Shown in pieces: positions 1 to 11,600 of a stretch of DNA of 54,896 nucleotides. The stretch is taken from the IMG/VR virus record IMGVR_UViG_3300002219_000827, positions 1 to 54,896 of that record, one strand, 5' to 3'. Below the pieces are notes generated by a model that was given only the letters and a program-made list of their open reading frames with translations, searched no databases and had not been told where the DNA came from. This DNA comes from a virus (taxonomy: Duplodnaviria; Caudoviricetes). Numbering within the stretch: the first letter of the stretch is position 1; every line of letters begins with the position of its first letter. Both the position numbers and the translations under genes were made by a program.

Positions 1-261
1 TCAAGGCAACGGTGAAACAGGCACGGTGTTACCGTCAGCCTTCAAGCTTGGCGAAGTGGTCACGGTCTTATTGGCATTCACGGTAATATTGCCGACCTTG
101 GCGCCGGGGGGAATGTTTATCGTGGTTGATGTGCAGCCGGCAATAAATGCGATCAGGTGGAAAAGTATAACGCCCGCCATAATGCTTAGAATCAAATCAG
201 CGAATTTCCGCGCAAGTACTTTTTTCTGGATTTTGACAATCTCCCTTTCAAAGGCTTTCAT
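1..261 (-). CDS. Putative lipoprotein / spanin-like lysis accessory protein
   Basis: Basic N-terminus, hydrophobic stretch and lipobox-like IAGC; last gene of the lysis cluster. Confidence 0.5.
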   Translation of the reverse strand: MKAFEREIVKIQKKVLARKFADLILSIMAGVILFHLIAFIAGCTSTTINIPPGAKVGNITVNANKTVTTSPSLKADGNTVPVSPLP

Positions 262-485
262 TCAGCACCTTCCTTCATGATTTCCGTCTTCCGAGTTGAT
301 CCTGCCGAACTGCCAAAGTAATAGCCGTAGACATCCTTGAACACAGCCACCAGTGCGCCGATGATAACGAGGATGATGTCACGGGAGCTGTCCGGCATAG
401 TGATGAAGAATAGCAGATAGACACATAGCCCGAGGCCGATCACTACGCCAGCAGATAGTGCGGAACGGATTGGTTCGCTTTTCAT
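258..485 (-). CDS. Putative holin (2 TM helices)
   Basis: 75 aa, two hydrophobic segments, YYFGSS motif and charged tail typical of phage holins; 4-nt overlaps with neighbours. Confidence 0.6.
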   Translation of the reverse strand: MKSEPIRSALSAGVVIGLGLCVYLLFFITMPDSSRDIILVIIGALVAVFKDVYGYYFGSSAGSTRKTEIMKEGAE

Positions 486-994
486 ACCGTGGCCAGTCTT
501 CTTTGCAATATCTCATTTTGATAGAGCCTTACCAATTGATTGGGATGCACCGAAGCCGCCGAATATCCCGAAAACCAGCCCCTGGTTTGCAATACCGCAC
601 AACAAACTTCCGAACAGAACCAATCCTGCGCAGACTGCCAGCCAATGGGGATAGGCAGAAACGAGAACAATACCCCGCGCACATCGTATCCACATTTCGA
701 ACCGTCATCACGCCACTGCTCTTTTCTGCACCATTCGCGGATTGAATATTCATCATCGGGAGACACCGGCAGGGGGAAGAAATCATACATGCTCATGCGT
801 TCGCCAGGTGGTGGACCTTTTACAAAAGAAGTAGCCCCCTTAAACTCCCGTGAGGAAAACCACGAGCCATCTGAAAAAACCAACTCCACATGGCAATAGG
901 AAGGGAGTCCCTTGGGCTTGCCGAAATACGTCCAAACCTTGATGACTTTGCCGAAGAAAGAAGTAGCCTCTTTTTTAGCTGCAAGATACATCAT
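482..994 (-). CDS. Permuted papain-like (YiiX/YebB-type NlpC/P60) protein
   Basis: HVEL...GYD...WFCSE motif order (His before Cys); start at 994 (MMYLAA) gives an ATGA overlap with the endolysin stop. Confidence 0.6.
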   Translation of the reverse strand: MMYLAAKKEATSFFGKVIKVWTYFGKPKGLPSYCHVELVFSDGSWFSSREFKGATSFVKGPPPGERMSMYDFFPLPVSPDDEYSIREWCRKEQWRDDGSKCGYDVRGVLFSFLPIPIGWQSAQDWFCSEVCCAVLQTRGWFSGYSAASVHPNQLVRLYQNEILQRRLATV

Positions 995-1659
995 GCCGCC
1001 CTCCTCAATATCCACTCAAATGTCTCAGCATAGTCGGCGATCCGTTTTGCCTGGTCCTGCCCATTAATAATTTTCCTTGCCAAGAGGTAATTGCACGTGG
1101 CGTCGTTAATGTAATAACTTAGGCGCTTGCCGGTATACAGTCCATGACGCATGGCGTGAGAAGCTGCGATATATGATATTTCCGGGTCCAGCAGGGCGTC
1201 CGGGTCGCCGGAATCATTTGGCTGATCGCCAACCGTCAAATCAAACTTGCGACCATGCTTCGCTTCCCATCGGGCAATTACTTCCGGGTAGGCTTTTGGC
1301 AATTCCCGTTCGAGCATTTCATAATTGTTTTTCCCGGTGTTTTGAGATAGTCCGCGTCCAGGGTAGTCCGCCCCTTCTTCCGGAGTATCGTTACCAAGAA
1401 CCTTCCCTACTTTGGTTTGGCTCCCGTACCGCTTGATAAAATATTCTCGGGTGCCGTATTCCCTGATTGGACGGAAAGTGTCTCCGGTTTCCCACTTGAA
1501 CGTGGCGAACATATATGCCGCCCACCGGATGTCCATTATTTTGTCATCAGCTTCAAGGAAGCGCAGAATGGCTTCGAGGGCGTTCACCTGAGCCTGCTTG
1601 ATTCGTCCAAACTTCCTGCGATACCCTTCGAAAAATGTCTTACGGTCCACTATTCTCAT
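991..1659 (-). CDS. Endolysin, glycoside hydrolase family 19-like
   Basis: YMFATFKWET, GRGLSQNTGKNNY and ARKIING motifs of phage GH19 lysins. Confidence 0.8.
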   Translation of the reverse strand: MRIVDRKTFFEGYRRKFGRIKQAQVNALEAILRFLEADDKIMDIRWAAYMFATFKWETGDTFRPIREYGTREYFIKRYGSQTKVGKVLGNDTPEEGADYPGRGLSQNTGKNNYEMLERELPKAYPEVIARWEAKHGRKFDLTVGDQPNDSGDPDALLDPEISYIAASHAMRHGLYTGKRLSYYINDATCNYLLARKIINGQDQAKRIADYAETFEWILRRAA

Positions 1660-1662
1660 TTT

Positions 1663-1833
1663 TTACCTCTGAACTAAAATAGGCCGCTCCGCTATTTTAG
1701 ATTTCGCATTTTCGACAGCCGCGCTCTTCGCCGCCTTCACCGTCACTCCCTCGCCATGCCCCCATACTCCGTTGAGCCTCAGGGATACGCGGAAACCAGC
1801 GCCGCGGCGAGAAGGGAGGAAGTCGGTTATCAT
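1663..1833 (-). CDS. Small hypothetical protein (56 aa, MITDFLPSRRG...), not in ORF track
   Basis: Fills the gap between genes; ATG overlaps the upstream stop (ATGA). Confidence 0.45.
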   Translation of the reverse strand: MITDFLPSRRGAGFRVSLRLNGVWGHGEGVTVKAAKSAAVENAKSKIAERPILVQR

Positions 1834-2291
1834 CCAGCCCCCCCCTCTTCGATCTCGAACGGTCTTGTTTCTCGCGTCATGAATGGATGGGGGATCCCGT
1901 CACGCGGATAATCGGTTGCCCTCCGTCCGAATCTCTCCTGGCGGCAGGAATTAAATTCGCTCTCCAGGCGGTTGAGGCGATTGCTTATATCGTGTGTGTC
2001 ATGATTCTCTAAACAGCGATCATGCTCCCCTTCCAGGCGGGAGAGGCGGTTATCTATGCCGGTCACATGGTGGCTGCTCCCACGCTGCCCATCAAGCACT
2101 CCATGCAGCGCTTCCCTGAAGTCCTTTACGGCTTTCTCCAGGTTCTCTTCCAGCTTCCCAATCGACTCCCGAATATCCTGATATATCCGAGTGAGTGCCA
2201 TCAGGAATAGTTTGGAAATCAGCGCTATGGCTGTCAGGAGAAAGCCCACCAGAAACACCAAGAACCACTGATCTACAGAACTCCAATCCAT
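1830..2291 (-). CDS. Membrane-anchored coiled-coil protein (holin/antiholin-like)
   Basis: N-terminal TM helix, coiled coil, RRATD motif; first gene of the lysis cluster. Confidence 0.5.
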   Translation of the reverse strand: MDWSSVDQWFLVFLVGFLLTAIALISKLFLMALTRIYQDIRESIGKLEENLEKAVKDFREALHGVLDGQRGSSHHVTGIDNRLSRLEGEHDRCLENHDTHDISNRLNRLESEFNSCRQERFGRRATDYPRDGIPHPFMTRETRPFEIEEGGAG

Positions 2292-2308
2292 GTATCCCCC
2301 ACTCTGTT

Positions 2309-2482
2309 CTAGGTATCCTTAGTTTGATACATGGTACATTTCACAAAAACGACATTTCTCCCATCAACAACACCAATTACGACATCTGCATGCTTGGCAA
2401 TAGCCACATCCGCCAGTACGTGGGCACCACAACCATTTGCGTCAGGTGGACAACGTTTGCATTTATTACAGATGGATTCCAT
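2309..2482 (-). CDS. Small Cys-rich hypothetical protein (57 aa, MESICNKCKRCPPDANGC...), not in ORF track
   Basis: Open frame filling the gap on the same strand as its neighbours; weak RBS. Confidence 0.45.
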   Translation of the reverse strand: MESICNKCKRCPPDANGCGAHVLADVAIAKHADVVIGVVDGRNVVFVKCTMYQTKDT

Positions 2483-2490
2483 ATTTCACC

Positions 2491-2536
2491 AAAAAGAAAC
2501 CCCGACAACGTTTTTAAAGACGATGCCGGGGTTTCT
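2491..2536 (-). terminator. Intrinsic terminator closing the CRISPR-repeat-like sRNA
   Basis: AGAAACCCCGGCATCG / CGTTGTCGGGGTTTCT stem followed by a T-tract on the minus strand. Confidence 0.65.
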
Positions 2537-2579
2537 GGTACCCATTCCGGGTTGAAACTTACCCGCTAAATATAATTCT

Positions 2580-2608
2580 GTTTCAATCCACACCCGTTAC
2601 CAGGTGAC
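2580..2608 (-). ncRNA. Solitary type I-C-like CRISPR repeat (candidate Racr/crRNA mimic)
   Basis: GTCACCTGGTAACGGGTGTGGATTGAAAC: 5' GTC, 6-bp hairpin with GUAA loop, 3' TGGATTGAAAC handle; no cas genes or array in the window. Confidence 0.65.
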
Positions 2609-2629
2609 TGTTCAATATAATTATGAACA
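2609..2629. promoter_or_regulatory. 21-bp imperfect palindrome, copy 1 (TGTTCAATATAATTATGAACA)
   Basis: Matches four other intergenic copies. Confidence 0.6.
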
Positions 2630-2655
2630 CTATCCTACTTTGATTAAAGGTTCAA
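2627..2655 (-). promoter_or_regulatory. Sigma70-like promoter upstream of the solitary repeat
   Basis: TTGAAC-N17-TAGTGT in an AT-rich intergenic gap. Confidence 0.45.
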
Positions 2656-2668
2656 CATATTTTTACAT

Positions 2669-5600
2669 TTACGTCAACTGCTCCTGCTCCCAGGCCATTT
2701 TCCGCTTATTCGGTTTCGCGGAAAGCGCCTGCTTGATGGTTTGCGCCTTGATGATCGGCACCAGGCCCGACGCCTGGGACTCACGCAGATCCTTGTTGAA
2801 CCGCATGATTTTCAACATCACTTCTTTCCGCTCGGCCCCTGGCGCAGCCATTCTCAACTTTGCCAGCAGGTCACTCCGTTCCTCTTTCCAATGTGCCTTC
2901 AAGCCGTATTCAATGTTCATCAGATCACTTCGTTCCGACACCCTTGACGGCTGAAAGCCAAGCGTCCGTTTAATGGCCTCGCCGCCTGTGTACTTCATCG
3001 GCTTGCCATTTTCGTCAAACAAGACCTTCCCGGAGTAGCTGGTTGCACCCTTGGTTGACATCCGGTAGGCCCGCATGGCTCCGGCCAAGACTTCCGGGGA
3101 CAAGTTCTCCATGGTGCGGTAGATATCGCCACGGCTTGCCGCCACCGCCGCACGGCTACCTTTCTGCACCAGGCCTGTCATTACCCCGCCCGCCGCGTCC
3201 GGCAGAGACTCACCGCCGATCAACGGCGATACGATGGGGATCTGCAGGCGAATAGCATTCGATATATTCACTCCGGCCGCACTTGCTGCCCCATGCCAGG
3301 CAAAGCCGTGAATCATCTCACCTAATGATCCATATTCCTTCGCGTGTTTCGACGTCCATTTCCGGAAAGCCAATTTTGGGCTTTCCCCGAAAAACATCTG
3401 ATAAAGTTTATCCAGTTCATCACCGCCAGGCAGGGCCATCGCCCCGCCGATGATCGCGGTAGAAACTGCATAGCGTAGCAGGGCCTTCATGTCTTCCTTC
3501 TCGCCGCTGGTCATCCGGTTGAAAATCCAGTTCCAGGTGTTCCACATAAAGCTCTGCAAGGCATACACGGTTCGCCCCAGCGGCTTCTGGGCAAAACCGG
3601 GAAGGTTCGCCCGGCTCATCTCGAAGTTTACCGCCCGGTTGACTGCCAGGGCTTTCTGCAATGACTCATCACGGGATAGCCCGTCAGCACGGAAGGTGCG
3701 ATAGGCCGCCAGGATCACCGTCTTTCGGTTCAACAACTCAACTTCCTGGAATGGCATAAGGGCCTTGTCGGTCAACGTGTGCATAAAGCTGGAGACTTTA
3801 CCGGTAACCCCTTCCCGTTGACCGCTCATTTCGTGCACCGCGGTCTCCATCTCTTGCAATTTGAAAATCTCCGAAGCGAACAGCCTTTTATCCGATTCAG
3901 AGAGCTTCCCGGAGAGGATATCCTTCTGTGCTTTTCCTATTGCCCATATGGCACTTCGTTTCGTGTGCCGCCCCAGTTCCGCTATACCCAAGGTCCACGG
4001 CTGCGTCGAGTTGATCAACATCGATGATACCTTGAATCCAAGATACGTTAACGTGGCCACGGCCCGCATGTTACCGCTCACCTGGTCGGCAAAACCCATG
4101 TTCCGCAGGTTATCCACGATGTATTTATGTGCCCACTTCTTCACCTCGGGCTTTGCATAACGGAAGTGCTCGAACTGCTCCTGGGCATACCTCGCCTTGG
4201 AGAGCATCCCGGCGGTACCGGTCATGTAATCGTGATAGCCATTAATGGTATTATCCGCGTCATAGCCTTCGATCAGGTACGGAGCCCGGCGGATCCGGTG
4301 AGCTCCGGCGCCGCGAGCCATTAGCACTTCGGCGGTTGACTGCAGGATCTTCTGCCGCAGGGCGGCCGCTTCGTTTTTACTGATTTCACCTGTTTTCGAA
4401 GCCCGGTTGATAGCCTCCAGTTGTGCCTGTTCCATTGCAAAATCGTTTTTCATATCGCCATACATATCTTCCGTGAGCTGGTCGACAAAACGGTGCTCCG
4501 TCTCGTACTGCGCCCAGTCCAGATAGTTATGGGGAATTGCCTTTTTCAGATCCTTTTCAACCTCGGCATGGTGTTGTCCGGCCTTGCTTTCGGTTCGCTG
4601 CAACCGCATATAGACCTTGACCCGAATTCGCCCACTTCCCAGCTTTTGCAATTCATTTTCATGATCCTTGATGGTAGAAGGAGCTTCGCCGTCTTCAATC
4701 GCCTGCTTCAATGCAGCCTTGCGCCGTTCAATCAGCAGTTCGTTCTCCAGTTGCAGTTTTGGAATAATTTCCGAGGCCTTTTCCTGAAAGCGTTTTATCT
4801 GCTCCGAAGGCATAGACTCAGCCATTAATTTCGCATGTTGCAGCTCGTCCAGTTCCGTCCCTAACTTCTTCTTTTCCTCAGTCGTGGCAGTTGCTATTTT
4901 CGCCTGGAGCTTTTCAATCTTTTTCTTAAAGACCGCCGTGGCGTTTTTATAGGTGGTAACCAGTTGTCCACCATTAGGCAGATGCTGATATTTTAATCCC
5001 AGTCTCGCGGTCAGTTTCTTCAACTCGGCAGCGACTTCCGCACTTGGGAAATAAGGCAGCAAGGCCTGCATGGAGTCCTTGTCTCCCCGCACATCCCACT
5101 TGAGGCCGTTGATCACCTGATAGACGTTCACCTGGTAATCACCCTCGCCATGGTTACGCGGCAACCAACCGGGCCGCTCGGCCAGGCGGTTGCGATAGTC
5201 TGACAAATGCTTTTCAATGAGCTCTTTCGGCAATCCGGCATCATACATAAACTGGCGGGACATATCCTCAATAGAATCAGCCACAACGGTATCGATGTGA
5301 GTCCTCACCTTTTGATATACAGCAAATGCCTGATCGGAAACCCCTGCGGCCTTTTTATCCTCCTTGACCATTTCCAGCGTCTTATAAACTTTACCGTGGA
5401 GGTCTCCACGATACAGCAACAGGTCGACACCCTCCCGATCAGCGACCGGCAACTTATTGAAGGCATCGGTAATCCGCCCCCATTCCGTTGTGCGGTCCGA
5501 ATTTTCCCACTGACTGTAGGTTTTCTTCAAGCGCTCCAGGAGTCCCGGAGCTTCCGCCGCGGGTCCGTCAAAGCCAAAGAAGCGCAACAGATACTCCATT

Positions 5601-8600
5601 TTTGTTTCTTCGCGCTTGATACCCGTGTCCACGAACGGCCGCTTGTTCTCATCCGTCGTAGCATCCGGATTTTGCAGGAAATATGCCGCCCCATTGAGGA
5701 TATTCTGAGGAGTAACATCGACAAACCAGCGCTTTGCCCTGGACCAGTCGAGGGGATTCAACATCCGGGCAATCTTCTTCCACGCCTCGCCGCCCTTCAT
5801 CTCCCCGACATACCCGCTAAAGCGATCAGCCAGGGCATAGCGGATACCCGTATCAACCGGCATTTCCTGTACATCCGCCATTAACACGTCTGCAGGAAGC
5901 CCAACAAACAGATCATAGACGAAGCCCGGCGGATTTGTATTCTGAATGAATACCCTGCCAGTTGGCAGTTTATCCACTGGTAGCGCAACAATCTTCACCG
6001 TTCGGCCATCTCGTGCTTTACTCCAGGCAATCTCTTGGGCAGTGGCATAGGAAGTGGTCCACCAAGAACCTTTCAGATCCTCACCGGCAGCGTAGTGCCC
6101 GCGATCCGGATTAAAAGGAACTACACCAGGGCTATGCTGTTGATCAGCTTCGTAAAATGCCCGGAACAGTAACCGGCCCGGCTCGTCGTAATCCCTGACG
6201 GTGGTTTCGATGGCCTCAATTGCCTTCGCCTTATCCGCCTCCAGAACCTCGCGTTCCGTGGTATTGAGGGAAACACCCTTATCAACGATCTGACCCTTCA
6301 CGTCTTCGAGACGGGCAAGAGCGAACTTTGTATCTAGTGGCAGCGTTTTAACAGAAGCTCCCACCCAATTGCGCCGTGCTCTTTCAAAAGCATGAAGCGG
6401 ATTCATCCCTTTGATTGAATCGTCGTACCAGGTTTCTCCATCAAACGAATAGTAGACATCCAGCTCAAACGGGTACTTTGTCTCGCTGTATCCTTTCGAC
6501 TCCTTGCCGAAACCCATCAGGCTGTCAGATACATTCTCATACCCCGTAACGGTGTCTTCATCGAACGCCTGATATTGTTTCGGACTGAAAGCGAATCTCG
6601 CCCCACCCGGTTGCCAATTAGCAAACGTCTCCAACTGATCGTCAGTAACACCCTGCTCCCGGAGACTCCGTAACATGGCACCGTAGTCAATCCCTGATCC
6701 CTTATCCTCATTCCTCGTTCCTTCCTTACCTTCCACAAACCTCCGGGCCTTACCCAGCAACTCCCGGATCTCCGCATCTCCATAGCCTGCATTCCAGCCG
6801 ATACTCCGGAGGAATTCTTTTACCGCGGCTATTACCTTGGAAAGGATAGTCGAGTCCATCCCGGTTCGAGCATCACGGCCCAGCATCTCTTCCGCTGCCT
6901 CAATGCGACCATCCCGGGTTTTCAGGTCCAGGCCATAGCGAGCCGCCAGTTCCTTCCACTCGGCATTGCGCTTATTGGCATACCAGAGCGCCGCTTGGAG
7001 CATGTGCTTTTCATAAGCGTCCTTTGCCATGATTCCACGCAGTCCGTGGTGAACAACGACTTCCTCAAGCAGGACCTGCTTCGCCTCTTCCACCGAGCGG
7101 AAGTTGTCGGCAACGTAAACAACCTCATTCCCCAGGTAAACCGCCTGCAGAAGACGTTGCGGGATACCCCGCTTCGCGGCATCATCCAGAGCCCGCTTCG
7201 GCAATTCCGCCGTCGTCTGGACTACTCGCCAGGGCGGGGAGTTCGGCATGTTCTTGTAAACTGGTTCAAAGGCAGTCTGGATGTCGCCTGCCGGGAGGCC
7301 GAAGGAGGCTTGCCCCGCAGCTACGGCATACCTGGGGTTACCCTCTTGACTCGCCCGAGTCGCAATTCTCGGTGATTCAAAGTCCCTTTCTTCAAAAACC
7401 GGAGAACCATTTTCATCAGCTACTTCCAGGTAAGGCACGTTCTCCGTGCTGGATCCTTTGTCCACGGTAACGAAATACCCGTCACTGGTCCACTGGTGAC
7501 CGGTTACCGGATACGGTTTCCCTTTCACATAGACATCTCCGCCTTCCGGTGCACCATGTCGCAGCCAGGAAGGTGGCGGAATCGGATTGCCTTCCAGGTC
7601 GGACATAAGATCTGCCAGCATTTGTTTCTTTTTTTCCAACTCAGCAGCTCGCGGAAAGGTTTCTTTTGCAGACTGACGAAGTGTTTTGACACTCTCAGTG
7701 AGTGATGTTTCCTGGTCTTTAGCGCTCTCGTTGTGCTTCTTCAGGTTGCGAAGGATAGCCTCCATGCTGGCAACACTCGGTTTCGCTTCGAGAAAGTTTT
7801 CAATATAGTTGCGGTCCTGCTCATCTGCCCAGTTTCGGCTTTTGTATTTCCCTTCCGGCCAGGCATCAGGCATGGTCAGGCTGATTTCATACTTCTCGGA
7901 AAACTGGGACCAGCGCCCGACAATATCGAAACCGTAGATTACCCCGATCTTCTCTTTATCGGAAAAGCGGCCCATCTTTTCCAGACGAGCATCAAGGGCC
8001 TCTTGAGCTTTGGCCCTGTCAGTAAAAGTCTCCTTGCCGATGCTCGCGCTAAAGGTCTCCCTGGCGCCCTCGTACCGCTCTATCATCTTATCAATAATGC
8101 CGCGTCGCCTTTTACTGTCGTCAATCTTCTTTTCACTTTTATTCGCGGCCTCTTCGGCGTCTTCAATACCAAAGGCATGCATCCGCTCCCGGTTCTGCAG
8201 TTTCTCGATATCCTTCTTGTACTTCTCACGGAGCAATATACGCGGATCCCCAGCGGCCTCGGAAAGCGTCTGAGCAAGATCACTCACGTTATCCGATTCA
8301 TCCATATTCACCGCATCGCCATCGATTACACGCACATCGTCTTTCGCCTTCAGGAAGGCCTTGATGAAACGATCCTTGATAACCAGAACCTGCCAGCGCC
8401 GGCCGTCCAGTTTTTCCGTGAGGTAGCGGATTTCCAGCACTGTGTTCCACTTGTTTCCCTGCCGGTGGCCACGACCATTCCGCTGCTCCAGTTCACCCGG
8501 CATCCACGGTGCATCAAGATGGTGGATAGCCCTCAGGTTTTCCTGCATGTTCACGCCGACACCCAGGGTTTTCGTGTTGCCGATCACTACGCGGATATCA

Positions 8601-11600
8601 CTCCGGTTCATGGCGTCGGCGGTCTGCTTCCGTTTTTCTTTGTTCACCTTGCCGTCAATAATGGCAATCTGTTCCCTGGGGATTCCCCCCGCAACCAGCT
8701 TATCAACGATGTCCTTGGACAGATTGAAACGATCCTTGGTCGTTTTTGTCTTGGTGCCGTCCTTATTGGTTTTGGTGGAAGTGGATTTGTCAGAAAATCC
8801 CCGCTCCATGAAAAGAACCTGCGTAGTTTTATCGTGCTCCTTATAGATTTTCAGCAGATTCCTGACGCATCGATTCACCTTGCTTTCCGGATCATCGTAC
8901 GAATCCTTATTGACCAGGCGCACATCCATGCCGGCATTTGCTGCCGCTGTTTCCACCAAAACCGGAGAGGCCGGGTGCCCGGAAAGCATGATCTCCCTGC
9001 GTTCTTTCGGGCTTGCCTGACGGAATACCTTAGCCAGCCGTGCCAATTCCCCTAGAATAACCCGCTGTTGGCTTCCCATGGGGCAGGTTTCCACGATGAT
9101 TTTCTTATACGGCCTGCCAATCGGATCTTCATTCCGGCCATTCACCAGACGATCCCGCTCTTCAGCGGTAAGGGTTGCGTCCTGGAGTGTCTTGCCGTTT
9201 ACTTCTCTCGGCTTGAATTCGGGCATGTCGTCGGCAAAGACGATATCGGTATACTGCCCCATCATTCTTCTCAATTCAGGAACATTCACGAAGGAAGCAA
9301 GCCTGGTGACAGCCTCATAGTCGCCGGCAGCCGTCAGTTCAACATCACTGGACGAATCGGCAAAGGTATTAAACCACGAATCCCAGGCCTTGATACCGCT
9401 ACGCTCCATCTCTCCATCCATCACGTAGCGCATCATGTGATAGATTTCGGTCAGGGTATTGGTAATCGGCGTGCCGGTAAAGATGTGGACACCGCCACCG
9501 GAATTCATTCGCTTCACATAGCCGGTCAACAAGTGCAGGGCAAGGCTCTGGTCAGACGTTGCCGTATTAAGGCCCCGCATGCGCATTTTTGTGGTAATCG
9601 GTGGCTTTTTAAACTCATGGACCTCATCCACCATAACCATGTCCACGCCCAACTGTTCAAAAGATACCGCGTTTTCCCGGGAAGCCCGCATGGCCATCTC
9701 GTCAATCTTCTTGATGATCCGGTTTCGGGCATGGACCAGGTTCTTGGCCGTGACGCTCCGGACCTTCTTCATGGCCTCTTCATCATTCATATCGCTAATG
9801 GATAATTCAACCCCGTCGTCCTGAGCGGCTTCTATTGCTTCCTGCTCCAAAGCCGATATCTCTTCCGCCGCCAATTCATTCAACGTCTCCCTGGTGAGTC
9901 CGAAGCGCGAGATAAGGGAATGAGGCACCACAACAGCATCCCAATCATCATTGGCGATCTGACGCATAGTGACATCGATCTTATCCGGCGTGAGGTTATC
10001 CACGTAGAGCACTTTCGCTGCCGGGTACATCTCCTGAATCTCACGGGAAACGGTAGCACTGTTGGCATTGTGGGCGAAGATCAGCGGCTTTTTGGCTATG
10101 CCATAGCGTCTTGACTCCACGGCTATACCGCCCATGGTGTAGGTTTTGCCTGTCCCTACTTCATGGGCGTACAGGCCACCACGATTGACAAGGCCCCGCC
10201 AGATTGCATCGACCTGATGCTTTCGCAGGCTGAACGGGGAACTACCACGAGTCAGGGCCATGCCCTCGAAGTTGAGGAACGATCCATCATACTTCGTGTC
10301 GGCAATGGCATTCATCACCTCGTTGTATTCTTTTTCCAGGGCAAGCTTGCGAGCGGAATCTTTCCATACCCAGGTTGAAAACTCTTCCCGGATCCGGCCA
10401 GCCTTTTCATTGGCCTCTGCCGTGGCTACGCTATCAACAACTTTGTTGCCGTCCTCGTCCCGGCCCCACACCGTTATCGCCGAATTGTTCATAGCTGCCT
10501 GAACAAGCTTGTTGAACTTATACGAAGGATGTCCCCAGACCGTTGTAGCCTCCGGTTTTCCGTTCAGCCCATCCCTGGTGAATTTCACTTTCCAGGCTCC
10601 CAGCTGAAAAGCTACGTCAATACCGCTTTCACCCTGTTCGCCAAGCATATCGGCGATAAAGCGTTTGTAATGGTCAGGGGAAACCCATGGGGCTCCCAGC
10701 TTTGCCTCAATTTTGTAATACGGCTGATCGGGAGGAACGATCTTTTTCAGTTCCTCAATATTCCGCGACATCTCCATACCATCAGCCTGTGCCGCTTCGG
10801 CCTCACGGAGCTTGCGCCGGACGTTTCCGGATAGATACTGGTCCGACACCTCATAATTACCTGCAGGCGTCAGAAAGATTGAACCACTATTCAGAAGATC
10901 CCGGGTAACATCGTTGAGCGGTCTTCCGGTAAGTTCCGCTACGCGATTCAGATCGATATTCAGATTTTCATTACGGGCGAGAACATAGGCGTCCTGGACG
11001 CTGGGATTGGCAATGGTGCGGGTAGAGCGCACCGTTGATTCAGACAGGATTTTGGCGGGTCGATACACCGTTCCTTTTGAACTGTTTTCAGTAACCTCAA
11101 GGGCCGCCAGAGTTGCATAGAACGGATCACCCGCTTTACGGATGAACGTCAATCCATTTGAATCATTGATCCGCCCATACTTTTTAACGAATGTTTCGTA
11201 CTGGCTGCGAAGATCATTTCGCAAAGCATCGGCAGGTTCCCCAGCTCTCTCGGCATCGATAAGAGCCCCATACGCCTTGCGAATCTTAACCAGAGAGGCA
11301 ATCTGGTTTTCCCTCTCCCGCGTCTCCTTCTCGCTCTTCACCTCGTAGGAAACGAGTTCTTTCAACGGAGCAAGGTATTCTCCCTGCACAACATAGAGTC
11401 CACCGTTGTCGCCAACGGTGACACTCTGCTGCCGGTCTGTCGTATTGTTGGTAATATAGGAAATGATCTTCTTCGTTTCACTCCGTGCGTCATAGATACC
11501 CGCTGGAACCAGCTCCACAATCCGGGCGAGACGTTCGGCGTAGTTTGAAGGCCGGTTGACGGTCATACCACCACGACCACGCGGCCCGCCACTGGCAAAA

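Noticed and set aside
2531-2608. A true CRISPR array
   Set aside because: Only one convincing repeat; the second unit is dissimilar and there are no cas genes, so it is reported as a solitary repeat
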